Of a DNA stretch of 64,000 nt, positions 36,567 through 46,079 are shown piece after piece. How positions within the stretch are numbered: the first letter of the stretch is position 1; every line of letters starts with the position of its first letter. Under the pieces are notes generated by a model. It saw only the letters and a list, made by a program, of their open reading frames with translations. It searched no databases and was not told the origin of the DNA. Location of the stretch: the NCBI GenBank assembly GCA_014239265.1, contig JAAZZH010000003.1, forward strand, positions 3,953 to 67,952. Direction: 5' to 3'. The position numbers and the translations under genes are program-made. Origin of the DNA: Actinomycetota bacterium. GTDB lineage: Bacteria; Actinomycetota; Acidimicrobiia; Actinomarinales; Actinomarinaceae.

Positions 36567-37509
36567 ACTTAATCCTTTCTCACTTGCTTTAATAAGTATT
36601 TTCACTACATTTTTACTATTTGTATTCTTTGGTTATAACGGATGGGGACCAGCGGCACCAAATGAGCAAGCTATTGGTGAAATTTCTAGATGGTGTGAAC
36701 GTGTAAGTAGTGGATTCTTTAGAGAGCCAGCAAATACCTTAGGAAACTTAGGATTTGTAGTTGTAGGCTTGTATATGTTTTTCAGACTTTCAAAAGATGC
36801 AACACAGGGAAATGCCCCTCTATTTGGATCATTTAAGATTGCTCTTCTTTATGCCTCAGCCTCAACCTTTTTAGGTCCAGCTTCAATGGCTATGCATGGA
36901 ACTCATACTAGATTTGGAGCGTGGTTAGACAATGTGTCAATGATTTCTTATGTTCTTATTTTGTGGATTTACAACTTAAAGAAACTCACAAAATTTTCTT
37001 CAAGGACATTCTTTATAATATATTCAACTCTTTTGACATATTACGCCTATAGCTATTGGTATCTTGATAGCGGATTAGGGGTTGGTGTTGACTTATTTGA
37101 ACTTAGTATTGGTTTGTGGATTGCCACTGAGGTACTAGTGAAATTGCCAAACATCTATGGGAGACTACTTTCTGGTTTAACCGTCTTATTAACTCAACAG
37201 CTATTTGGTAGCTCTGTCATTGATTCTTTACAGAACCTACAGGAAAACTGGGAGATGCTTTTATATTTTATTCCAGCATTAATTCCTAATTTAGAAGGAG
37301 GTACTAAAAGAAAGTACACTCCGTGGTTCTTTATTGGTGTTGCTTCATTCTTTGGGGCACTTATAATCTGGGAAACTGGTGTTCCAGACCATCCATGGTG
37401 TGAGCCAGATTCATGGCTACAGGCACACATGGTTTGGCATTTACTTTGTGCAGCAGCAACTTTAAGTTTCTTTAATTTTTTTAGAACCGAAAGAACGATT
37501 ACGGTCTGA
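36550..37509 (+). CDS. Alkaline-ceramidase-family (ACER/YPC1-like) 7-TM putative hydrolase
   Basis: RWCE....F.REPANTLGNLGFV resembles the ACER motif DWCEENY...AEF.NT.SN, and the C-terminal HMVWH resembles the ACER His motif. Confidence 0.5.
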   Translation: MLQRNKLNPFSLALISIFTTFLLFVFFGYNGWGPAAPNEQAIGEISRWCERVSSGFFREPANTLGNLGFVVVGLYMFFRLSKDATQGNAPLFGSFKIALLYASASTFLGPASMAMHGTHTRFGAWLDNVSMISYVLILWIYNLKKLTKFSSRTFFIIYSTLLTYYAYSYWYLDSGLGVGVDLFELSIGLWIATEVLVKLPNIYGRLLSGLTVLLTQQLFGSSVIDSLQNLQENWEMLLYFIPALIPNLEGGTKRKYTPWFFIGVASFFGALIIWETGVPDHPWCEPDSWLQAHMVWHLLCAAATLSFFNFFRTERTITV

Positions 37510-40024
37510 GATACATTAGGTCTTTTTGATTTAGCTCAACTATTTCTCGAGAAAAGTAATTTGTGTACATATCATTCGATATCCAGTTATCAACCTGGTC
37601 ATCATAGTATTTAGACATCACATGACCAGACTGACCTGATGGAAGTACAGTTCGTGAATTATCTAAATTACTAAGGTCAACAACCATTCTCATAGAAGGA
37701 TAACTTCCTATTGTGAAATCGTCACCGAAACCCCAATCTGTCGAGTTAATAGAAAAGTTTGATCCGCTTGAAGAAACAGGGCCAATATTTACAAGATTTG
37801 TGAGTATTGGAATTCCGGCTTCCCCAAGTAAATTTGTAGGATAAGTAATAGTGTGTATTTCTCCCCACTCCCAATCATCACTATCTGTAGAGTTAAAAAT
37901 TTCAATAATTGATTTATCAGAAATAGCTAAAGTTCTCTCTAAAATATCGGTCAAGTTTTCTTTTTCGGGTGTATTTATATCATCCCAAATAATGTGATTT
38001 GGATCTTTTAATAATGTCCTAAATATTTCAGAAGTAGAATCAGAATTACCTGGTTGTAAAGATAGTTCATTCCCAGCGTTATCAAAAACAACTAGTTCTT
38101 CAAAAGTTTGCCCAACAAGAGATTTATAGAATACCGCCCAAGCGGCCGCTCCTGTTGAATCAATATTCATTTCAAACTTATCGTCACTTATTGCCCATTC
38201 TTTTAGTTCTGTCAACACTTGCGAATCAATATACACATTATTGAAAACATAAGGTAAAACATACGCAGCTGAGTAATCAAAGTTATCAATTTGCATTGCC
38301 TGCATGTCATCTACAGAAATTTTATTTATCATATATTGGTTAATTACTCGCTCAATGGCTTTGGCCCTATAGCCCCTAGCGTAATAATTTGGCCATGGCT
38401 GATCTGGATGAACAGATTGATTTGCGGTAATGATATAACCTGAAGAAGGATTCAAAGAATATGGAAGGTCTTCAAATACTACAAACCCCTGCCAATCATT
38501 TTCACTAAACCAACCTTCAATTGGCAAGTCTCCGTAAAGTCCTTCTTTTCTAATTGGTAATTTTCCAGGTGACTGATATGCTATGTTTCCATCTCTGTCG
38601 GCATACAGCAGATTCTGAGCAGGAACGTGAAACTTTCTAGTCGCTTCTCTAAATTCTTCCCAGTTAGATGCATAGTTAAATTCTCTAATTCCTACAAAGG
38701 TTTCCCCAGGCACTAGTGCCGACCAAGAAAGAGAAACTGCAAAATCATTAGGTAACTTGATGCGTGCCTCTTCTCTAAAAGTGCTTTCTCCCTCTTCTGA
38801 TATTAGGTTTATAGGGAAGCTTCTGTCTGAAACTACGGGTCCATGGTGTGTTTCTCTAACTTCAATAACTATTGGTTCTGAGCCTGCAACTTCAATTATC
38901 TCAGTTGTTCTCTCCATATCAATCCAAACATCATCAACTTGGTACTGGTTTTCGTTGTTTGGATTAATTTTTTCAATGAATAAGTCTTGTACATCTGGAC
39001 CCATATTTGTGAAACCCCAAGCAATATCACTGTTATAACCAATTATTACATATGGGGAACCAGCAAATGAAAATCCTGCTGAGTCTAGCTCACATTCTCT
39101 ATTTTTAGGAAAGCAATGTAATCCATTTTCGTACCATATAGCAGGCAATTGCACCGATAGGTGTGGGTCGTTAGCTAATAATGGCAACCCTGTATCTGTG
39201 AGTGTCCCATCAACCACCCAGGAATTTGAGCCTAATGATTGATTAGTTTGCATGTTTTTAGTTACATATTTAATAAAAAATGATTGTGTCATCTGCTGAA
39301 AACCATTTGCTTTTCCACTGGAAGCAAATGAGCCTTTTCCTTCCCATTCTTCAACAATGTAAGGATGGCTTTCTGGATATGGTGGAGTTAGTAAATTATA
39401 AATTTCCGGTGTCAAGGTGTTATATGTTTTTGAATTTGCTATTTCAGAAGTGAAATTGCCATTTAAATCATATGCCATCATCTTTGCCCAAGCTAGTGGA
39501 TAGTAGGGTTCATATGTGCCAACAACATAGTCAGGGTTTATAAACTGTAAGACAAAATGTTCGAGGCTCAATCTATTTTGTGGGCGTGATTCAATATATG
39601 CATTAACTCCATTTGTATAGTTAATTAAATCTTGTTTAAATTTTGGTTCTAAGTTTTCGTATTCTTCAAGTGCGATTTTGTGAAAACCAAAAGTCCTAAA
39701 AAGTAAGTCGGCTCCAACACCAGGTTCCCCAATTAGAGACGCCAGTCGACCAGTACTTAGGTGACTCCAGAATTCAAGTTGCCAAAATCTATCCTGTGCG
39801 TGCACGTACCCTTGAGCAAAAAGAATATCATCTACATTTGTTCCATATATATGAGGTATACCTCTTTCATCTCTTATGATTTCGACAAAGTCAGTAAGGG
39901 GAAGTCCAGTAACATCGATTTCATGATCTGGAAGAGGCATTCTAAAAATTACTATTCCTACAATTATGATTAGTGCCTGTATGCCAATAATTGTGACTAT
40001 TAGCCACTTAAAGAATTTTCTCAT
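37499..40024 (-). CDS. Penicillin-acylase-family Ntn hydrolase (penicillin amidase / acyl-homoserine-lactone acylase type)
   Basis: About 840 aa with an N-terminal TM/signal. DRFWQLE in the alpha chain and the predicted autoprocessing site G-SNSWVV (nucleophile Ser). Confidence 0.8.
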   Translation of the reverse strand: MRKFFKWLIVTIIGIQALIIIVGIVIFRMPLPDHEIDVTGLPLTDFVEIIRDERGIPHIYGTNVDDILFAQGYVHAQDRFWQLEFWSHLSTGRLASLIGEPGVGADLLFRTFGFHKIALEEYENLEPKFKQDLINYTNGVNAYIESRPQNRLSLEHFVLQFINPDYVVGTYEPYYPLAWAKMMAYDLNGNFTSEIANSKTYNTLTPEIYNLLTPPYPESHPYIVEEWEGKGSFASSGKANGFQQMTQSFFIKYVTKNMQTNQSLGSNSWVVDGTLTDTGLPLLANDPHLSVQLPAIWYENGLHCFPKNRECELDSAGFSFAGSPYVIIGYNSDIAWGFTNMGPDVQDLFIEKINPNNENQYQVDDVWIDMERTTEIIEVAGSEPIVIEVRETHHGPVVSDRSFPINLISEEGESTFREEARIKLPNDFAVSLSWSALVPGETFVGIREFNYASNWEEFREATRKFHVPAQNLLYADRDGNIAYQSPGKLPIRKEGLYGDLPIEGWFSENDWQGFVVFEDLPYSLNPSSGYIITANQSVHPDQPWPNYYARGYRAKAIERVINQYMINKISVDDMQAMQIDNFDYSAAYVLPYVFNNVYIDSQVLTELKEWAISDDKFEMNIDSTGAAAWAVFYKSLVGQTFEELVVFDNAGNELSLQPGNSDSTSEIFRTLLKDPNHIIWDDINTPEKENLTDILERTLAISDKSIIEIFNSTDSDDWEWGEIHTITYPTNLLGEAGIPILTNLVNIGPVSSSGSNFSINSTDWGFGDDFTIGSYPSMRMVVDLSNLDNSRTVLPSGQSGHVMSKYYDDQVDNWISNDMYTNYFSREIVELNQKDLMYLRP

Positions 40025-40056
40025 AAATCTCCCCCTTCTTCTAATTAGATTAGGTG

Positions 40057-40461
40057 TTATAAGTTAAGGTTGTCTATCCAGTTTGATATTTCTTTTACAG
40101 TATTTAAATAAACATCCAGTGCATGTTCATCTGAATCATATGAAGATCTACTGGGGTCAATAAAAGAATTGTGAAGTCTATTTCTTGCGTTCGGAAAAAC
40201 TGGACAAGTTTCTTCTGCAGAGTCGCAGACTGTGAGCACATGGTCAAATTCCTGATTAATAAAATCATTAACTAATTTAGGATACTGCTGACTAATATCG
40301 TGGCCAATCTCTGCCATAGCTTTTACAGCATATGGATTTACTTGAGTTTCAGGATGGGTTCCTGCTGAGTAAATTTCAGCATCTGGGTATTTATTTTTAA
40401 GTAAGCCCTCCGCAATTTGAGATCTACAAGTGTTTCCAGTACAAATAACAATGATTCTCAT
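40057..40461 (-). CDS. arsC: Arsenate reductase / LMW protein-tyrosine-phosphatase family
   Basis: IVICTGNTCRSQIAEG P-loop plus downstream Cys residues (TVCDSAEETCP) as in thioredoxin-coupled ArsC. Confidence 0.72.
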   Translation of the reverse strand: MRIIVICTGNTCRSQIAEGLLKNKYPDAEIYSAGTHPETQVNPYAVKAMAEIGHDISQQYPKLVNDFINQEFDHVLTVCDSAEETCPVFPNARNRLHNSFIDPSRSSYDSDEHALDVYLNTVKEISNWIDNLNL

Positions 40462-40792
40462 AGATTTATTCTATTCGTTTTATTACTCTAAATTTATGTA
40501 TTCAGAAGCAAATAAAGAAAAAAAATTTACTGAACAGATTGAAAAGTGGATTATGTACTTTTTATATGTGTTATTTGGTGGTTTGTTTTTCTTAATTTCT
40601 CTTCAGGGGTCTTGGAGTGAAGCGGTAATCTTACTACCTGTTGCAGCTTTTACAATACCTCTGACAAAATGGGGAATGCGCTGGCAAAATGAAAGGTACA
40701 TTAGAAGCGCACAAAATCAGGACGATTTAAAAATAGTAATGGCGAAATTAGAAGAAATTGAAGTTAGAATTTTAAAATTGGAGGAAAAATGA
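40430..40792 (+). CDS. Small 2-TM hypothetical protein
   Basis: ORF with two hydrophobic helices and a coiled C-terminus. The tracked start overlaps the arsC 5' end, so the real start may be the internal ATG (MYSEANKE...). Confidence 0.35.
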   Translation: MFPVQITMILIDLFYSFYYSKFMYSEANKEKKFTEQIEKWIMYFLYVLFGGLFFLISLQGSWSEAVILLPVAAFTIPLTKWGMRWQNERYIRSAQNQDDLKIVMAKLEEIEVRILKLEEK

Positions 40793-41274
40793 TATCACTA
40801 GAGTTAATGGCAAGCCATATGGCATGGGCTAACCAAGAAATTTACAAAGAAGTGCAAAAATTAGATGATAAAGTTCTGGACTATTATGTTGTCGATCCTG
40901 AGTGGACTGTTAAAACAATCATGATTCACATCGCAGGAGCTGCACATTTATATGGGCAGAGATTAAATGGTGATCCTTTTTCCCGTTTTGAATTAAAAAA
41001 CACTGAAGGTTCAGAAATGATAGATGAGCTTCTTGCAGAACTTAACAGAATAGATAAAAGTTTAATAGAAAATGTTAACAGGGAAGATGGGGAATTTAGC
41101 TACACAACTTCAAAAGGTGAACAAACTGCAAAAGTCTCCGAGGTTCTCTCTCAGATGATTTTTCACGCAGGCGAGCACAGAGCACAGATTGTTGCTGCAT
41201 TAGATAAACATAATGAAAGATCAATTAATTTAGATAACTATTCAGTTTGGGGTTATACCAAAAGTTTGAGTTAA
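40789..41274 (+). CDS. DinB-family (DinB_2-like) metal-dependent protein
   Basis: Four-helix pattern with His triad candidates (IHIAGAAHLY, FHAGEHRAQI). ATGA overlap with the upstream ORF. Confidence 0.6.
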   Translation: MISLELMASHMAWANQEIYKEVQKLDDKVLDYYVVDPEWTVKTIMIHIAGAAHLYGQRLNGDPFSRFELKNTEGSEMIDELLAELNRIDKSLIENVNREDGEFSYTTSKGEQTAKVSEVLSQMIFHAGEHRAQIVAALDKHNERSINLDNYSVWGYTKSLS

Positions 41275-41295
41275 TGAAGAAAAGTTAGTATTGAT

Positions 41296-42132
41296 TTATA
41301 AATCTAGGCCTAACTCTTCTGCCGTATAACTCCATAATTTTTCCCTCAAGTCATCTTTATAAACAAGTTTGTTAAGTTTTTTTGTTGCGGGCTTTCCGTA
41401 AATACCAAAAACACTGGGTGCATATGTTTTTTTAGCTGATGTGTGTTTTGAGTTAATTGCTTTGAGAATGGGTTCCGTTCCTGTGTTAATGTTTGTAGAT
41501 ATATAAGTGAAGGCTGATTTCCTTATATTTGTAACTTTATACGGCCTAGATTGTCTTGATTTTGTTATACCTGGATGAGCAATTGCGACAGAAACTTTAT
41601 TACTAGTTCTTTTTTCAAGTTCATAAGCAAACATTGACCTATACAAATTGGTTAAGTTGTATCGAGTACTTGAAGAAAAATTTTCCTTTCTGTGAAGATT
41701 TTCTAGTTGTATTTTTCTTGCGAGGTACATTGAAAGGCTTGAAACCTGTACAATCCTTCCCTCGTTCTCAAGAAGATTATCTAGAAGTTTTAAGGTGAGT
41801 CGGTATGTGCCAAAATAATTCACTGCAATCATAGACTCGAATCCCTCTTCTGTAAGATTGAAATCTTGATAAATTAATCCAGCATTATTGTACAAAACAT
41901 TCACTCCGCTATAAGATTGAGAAATTTCATTAGAAAAATTATCTATACTTATAGAATCTGAGAGATCTAACTCTATAAATGTTGCATTTTCTCCTAAAAA
42001 CTTTTCAGCCTGTTGTCCTTTTGTTTTATCCCTACAAGCAAGAATAACCTTGTAGTTATCATGAACTAATCTCTGAGCAACAGAGAGCCCTAAACCTTTG
42101 TTTGCACCCGTAACAATTGCTAGTTTTTTCAT
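41296..42132 (-). CDS. Short-chain dehydrogenase/reductase
   Basis: TGANKGLG cofactor motif, NNAG, and YxxxK (YELEK). Confidence 0.8.
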   Translation of the reverse strand: MKKLAIVTGANKGLGLSVAQRLVHDNYKVILACRDKTKGQQAEKFLGENATFIELDLSDSISIDNFSNEISQSYSGVNVLYNNAGLIYQDFNLTEEGFESMIAVNYFGTYRLTLKLLDNLLENEGRIVQVSSLSMYLARKIQLENLHRKENFSSSTRYNLTNLYRSMFAYELEKRTSNKVSVAIAHPGITKSRQSRPYKVTNIRKSAFTYISTNINTGTEPILKAINSKHTSAKKTYAPSVFGIYGKPATKKLNKLVYKDDLREKLWSYTAEELGLDL

Positions 42133-42167
42133 AATTTTTTAACTCCTTCAATTCTATACTTAAAGGA

Positions 42168-42389
42168 ATGTATTATTTGTTAGCCTCTGGATTAGTTTTA
42201 ATTATTTTCAGATATTTTAATCTCATACCAAGTCTGTCGAATAAATTTTGGAGATATGTTGATTATTTATTACTAATTTCTGCTTTTGTGACTCTTTTAT
42301 CAAGGATTCCACCATTCTTTTCTGGAATACTTCTGAGTGCAGTTGTTTTTTTTGCTTGGAGAAAAGGCTGGCTTGATAAATTCCGTTAG
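42168..42389 (+). CDS. Small 2-TM hypothetical membrane protein
   Basis: ORF only. Hydrophobic, and fills the spacer. Confidence 0.3.
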   Translation: MYYLLASGLVLIIFRYFNLIPSLSNKFWRYVDYLLLISAFVTLLSRIPPFFSGILLSAVVFFAWRKGWLDKFR

Positions 42390-43474
42390 GGAATTATCTC
42401 CAGTAAAACTTCAACAGGCTGACTAACCCAAACATCAAACTCAGCAATCATCTCATCAGCTGATTTTCCAAAATTAGATTTGAAAGCTTCTTCAAATCCA
42501 AGATCTTCAATTTGTGTCCAAAAGTCAACTCTGAACGTCTCTTCACTTGTGGTGTGAACCAAATAAGCGACAAACCAAGTTAAAACATCGTAGCTTTGGA
42601 ATGATTCGTTATACCCTAACTCTCTTAAGCTTCTTCCATCATTGAGGTATGTACTAATTGTCTGAGCTTTATACTCCATTTCTTGTTTGAGGTATCCTGG
42701 ATCGATTCCTGGTTCTTTTGAATACCAGTACTGTGCCATATATTCTGCTCCACCCTCCATCAAAAATGGAACCTGTACTTCATCACCATTGAAATACACA
42801 TTACGATTACTAGTTCTCCAATCACCATCTGTATCTGTACTTGGAATAGATAGGTTTGCGTGCTGATAAACATGGAAGTATTCATGAAGAACTACTTTTT
42901 TATAGTCATCTTCTTCAGGACCTGGATACTTGGCAGACATGACAAGCGCGTTAAAGTAATATCCTAAATAATCTCTAATATATGAACTAACAGCAGCTCC
43001 TCCATCATCAATGTATCTATAAAATGGAGACCAGCCATTACCACTTCCATAAGGATCTCCGTTTGCACAATCCCATTCTTTATTCCAAGTTGGGTCTTTT
43101 TCAGATCGTACTTCACACCATTTTTCGTCTAATGATATTACTTCATCACGACCAGAACCAACAATCCAAATTTCAAGTGGTCCATAGTTTCCCCAATATC
43201 CTATAGCCTTGTCAACCCACTCAACAGTGATGTCAATAGTTGCTTGTGAAACGTCAGAGGCAGCATATACTTCCGGCTTAGCATCTGTAGCTCCCCAAAA
43301 AATTGAATTTACTGAATCTTCTTTTACTAATTTTGATTCCTCAAGTACCTGATTTTCTTCTTCAGCAAATTCCTCTTGAACTGTTTGTGTTTTCTCATCA
43401 ACTGAAGATGGTAGAGATTCCTCTGAACCTCCACAAAAAGATACTAAAAGTAATAAAATTAATGTTTTTTTCAT
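42386..43474 (-). CDS. Secreted lipoprotein with an HExxH motif (putative metallopeptidase)
   Basis: Signal peptide ...LLLVSFCGG, an acidic linker and HEYFHVYQH. Confidence 0.5.
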   Translation of the reverse strand: MKKTLILLLLVSFCGGSEESLPSSVDEKTQTVQEEFAEEENQVLEESKLVKEDSVNSIFWGATDAKPEVYAASDVSQATIDITVEWVDKAIGYWGNYGPLEIWIVGSGRDEVISLDEKWCEVRSEKDPTWNKEWDCANGDPYGSGNGWSPFYRYIDDGGAAVSSYIRDYLGYYFNALVMSAKYPGPEEDDYKKVVLHEYFHVYQHANLSIPSTDTDGDWRTSNRNVYFNGDEVQVPFLMEGGAEYMAQYWYSKEPGIDPGYLKQEMEYKAQTISTYLNDGRSLRELGYNESFQSYDVLTWFVAYLVHTTSEETFRVDFWTQIEDLGFEEAFKSNFGKSADEMIAEFDVWVSQPVEVLLEIIP

Positions 43475-43608
43475 CTGTAATACTTATTATTTTTTAACAA
43501 CCAATTGATTGCTAAAAACAATCCAATAATAGCAACCAATACTGTAAAATTTGGAAAGTTCCAAAGGAAAATTAAGGAAAATATAACTGTAAGGAAAATT
43601 ACTAACAA
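43471..43608 (-). CDS. Candidate 45-aa two-TM micro-protein (TTG start), not in the ORF track
   Basis: (M)LVIFLTVIFSLIFLWNFPNFTVLVAIIGLFLAINWLLKNNKYYR. Its TGA stop overlaps the ATG of the downstream lipoprotein gene (ATGA), and it fills the otherwise empty 140-nt spacer. Confidence 0.35.
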   Translation of the reverse strand: MLVIFLTVIFSLIFLWNFPNFTVLVAIIGLFLAINWLLKNNKYYR

Positions 43609-43616
43609 TTTTTCAG

Positions 43617-44903
43617 CTAACTATCTTTTGTTATTTCTATAACCTGCCCAGAAAGATTTTTTAGATTTTTGTTATTAAAATTTACAATCCACAGAAGTAC
43701 ATATAAAACTCCTACTATAAAAAATAATAAAGCATAACCTCTTCCAGGTCCGGTTCCTACCAGGGGAGACAAGATATCTGCATTTTCTGGATAAAAAGTG
43801 AATTCTAAGTAGTCTCCTAATGGCCCAGCAATAATAACCCCTAGAGGACGTAACATTTGAGCAATCGTACCTCTGAGTGCCAAAGCTCTACCTCTAATAT
43901 CTTCAGTTGTAATGGATAGCCATGCTCCAGAAGATACAGTATATTGGACTGTTCCACTCACTCCATTGATTATACCGTGAATGCATAAGAGAAATATACT
44001 TGGCCTTATTGACCCTAAAATTAAACTTAATCCACTTAACAGTCCCATATATATAGCAACCTTTAAATTTCCCTGAAGTTTATCAGCCAATCGTAAAGAA
44101 ATAATTGAACCAAGTAGAAAAGCCAAACCAATACTCGACTCAACAATACCAAGCCCTCTTGCATCAGTAAAGCTCAGAATCATTGGGGGTAGCAGTACTG
44201 AAGTAAAACCCCACAAAAAGTTAGCTATCGAGAGAATGGAGACTAAAGCGAGTAAGCCTTTTTGTTTTTTTAGCCAGCTATAAGCTTCAACTAAGTCAAA
44301 ATAAACATTTCTAAAACTTAATTTATCCTTAACTTCCACTTTCTTACTTTTGAAGAAAGTTATAGTTGCTATCCCAAAGATACACGTAATAATGTCAACA
44401 AGTATTACTCCTGGTAAACCAAAGAATGCGTAAATAAAAGCTCCTCCTATTGGCGCAATTAGAACAGAAATTGCTTCTGCGCTTTCAAATAAAGCTGATA
44501 CTTTTGTTACTTCATTCTTTTTAACAACATCCCCCAAGAATGCACTCCAAGTTGTCCAGTGAGCTATTTCAAAAATTCCAAAAGCAAGTGCAAATGGTAT
44601 CAAAAGAGTTAGTGTCAAAATATTATTCAATGCAAGATATCCAACAATGCACATCAATACTGCAATTGTTAAATCGAAAATAATTATTAATCTTTTTCTG
44701 GGAAACCTATCTGCGAGCACTCCTCCAAAGGGTCCAGTAACAACACCAACTATTGCAACAGTGAACAAAATCGTAGAAAGGGCACTAGCTCTTCCTGTCG
44801 TTTCATATACCCAAACTCCAATAGCAAAAAAAGACATACCTGAACCTGTCCAAGATATTGTTTGTCCAAACCAAAGTAAATATATTTTTTTATCCATAGC
44901 CAA
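43617..44903 (-). CDS. MFS transporter
   Basis: 12 TM with a GVLADRFPRKR loop motif (enterobactin-exporter/MFS_3-like). Confidence 0.7.
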   Translation of the reverse strand: MAMDKKIYLLWFGQTISWTGSGMSFFAIGVWVYETTGRASALSTILFTVAIVGVVTGPFGGVLADRFPRKRLIIIFDLTIAVLMCIVGYLALNNILTLTLLIPFALAFGIFEIAHWTTWSAFLGDVVKKNEVTKVSALFESAEAISVLIAPIGGAFIYAFFGLPGVILVDIITCIFGIATITFFKSKKVEVKDKLSFRNVYFDLVEAYSWLKKQKGLLALVSILSIANFLWGFTSVLLPPMILSFTDARGLGIVESSIGLAFLLGSIISLRLADKLQGNLKVAIYMGLLSGLSLILGSIRPSIFLLCIHGIINGVSGTVQYTVSSGAWLSITTEDIRGRALALRGTIAQMLRPLGVIIAGPLGDYLEFTFYPENADILSPLVGTGPGRGYALLFFIVGVLYVLLWIVNFNNKNLKNLSGQVIEITKDS

Positions 44904-44952
44904 TCAATTTTAACTGAATCTAAAATAAGAGAAGTTGTAAAAAAGGAATGAA

Positions 44953-45942
44953 ATGAGCATTGCTCTTATTACGGGTGGATCAGGGCACGTTGGAGCTAAC
45001 TTAGTAAGAGAACTAACCGCACAAGATTATAAGGTACGGTGCATAGATTTTGATGGAGATCATCGAGCCTTTGAAGGGTATGATGTTGAGCTTATTACAG
45101 GCAGTGTCACCGATATTGACACTTTAGATAAAGCATTTGAGGGAGTCGATGTAGTTTTTCATACTGCAGCAATTATAAGTTTGGAGAGAAAAAATAAAAG
45201 TCTTATTCGCTCTGTAAATGTTGAGGGAACAAAGAATGTGTGTAAAATGTCACTCAAGCACAGTATCAGAAAGTTAATTCATTTTTCTTCTGTTGATGCG
45301 TTTATACGTGAACCATTAGAGGACCCTCTGTTGGAAGACAGATCACTTGTTGTGGACCAAAATGCTGTTCCTTATGATTTATCAAAAGCAGATGCACAGA
45401 GAATTGTTTTAGAGTATTGCGATAAGGGTCTTGATGCATCCATAATCCACCCTTCAGGAATTTTTGGTCCCAACGACTTTAAGCCAAGTTTGTTTGGGCA
45501 GGAATTTATAAAAATTGCTAATAGCAAAAGACCTTTCAGTATCAATGTTGGATATGACTATGTTGATGTTCGTGATTTGAGTAAAACAGCAGTGAACTGT
45601 ATTTCGAAGGGAGTCTCTGGTCAAAATTATATTGTTGGAGGTAACTATATGGATTTTGTCTACATGGCCGATGTTATGTCTCAAGAATTAGGAAGAAAAC
45701 TTATAAGAGGAACTCTTCCATTTGCAAGCATCTACCTTTCTCTTCCGATGTATTATTTACTTTCATTTATTACAAAAACACCAAGAGCTATCACTCTTGA
45801 TTCAATTCATACAATAAAAGTGCAAAATAAAAATATTCCAAGCCAATTATCCAAAGATCAACTTGATCACACTCCCCGCCCTATTGAGGAAACGATTACG
45901 GATACTCTTAAGTTTTTCAACGATGTTGGGGCCATAGCGTAA
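44953..45942 (+). CDS. NAD-dependent epimerase/dehydratase (3-beta-HSD-like extended SDR)
   Basis: ITGGSGHVGANL Rossmann motif and YDLSK catalytic YxxxK. Confidence 0.8.
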   Translation: MSIALITGGSGHVGANLVRELTAQDYKVRCIDFDGDHRAFEGYDVELITGSVTDIDTLDKAFEGVDVVFHTAAIISLERKNKSLIRSVNVEGTKNVCKMSLKHSIRKLIHFSSVDAFIREPLEDPLLEDRSLVVDQNAVPYDLSKADAQRIVLEYCDKGLDASIIHPSGIFGPNDFKPSLFGQEFIKIANSKRPFSINVGYDYVDVRDLSKTAVNCISKGVSGQNYIVGGNYMDFVYMADVMSQELGRKLIRGTLPFASIYLSLPMYYLLSFITKTPRAITLDSIHTIKVQNKNIPSQLSKDQLDHTPRPIEETITDTLKFFNDVGAIA

Positions 45943-46079
45943 ATTTAGTCTAAGAGTGACCGATATCCTAGCTATTAAAAGATAAGGAATCAAAAAAAAA
46001 CTATTTTTTCATGCTTTCAGGTTGAAATTTTTTGCATTTCTCCATAGGTTGAAGATAAGAACAACTAAGGGGGAATCTT

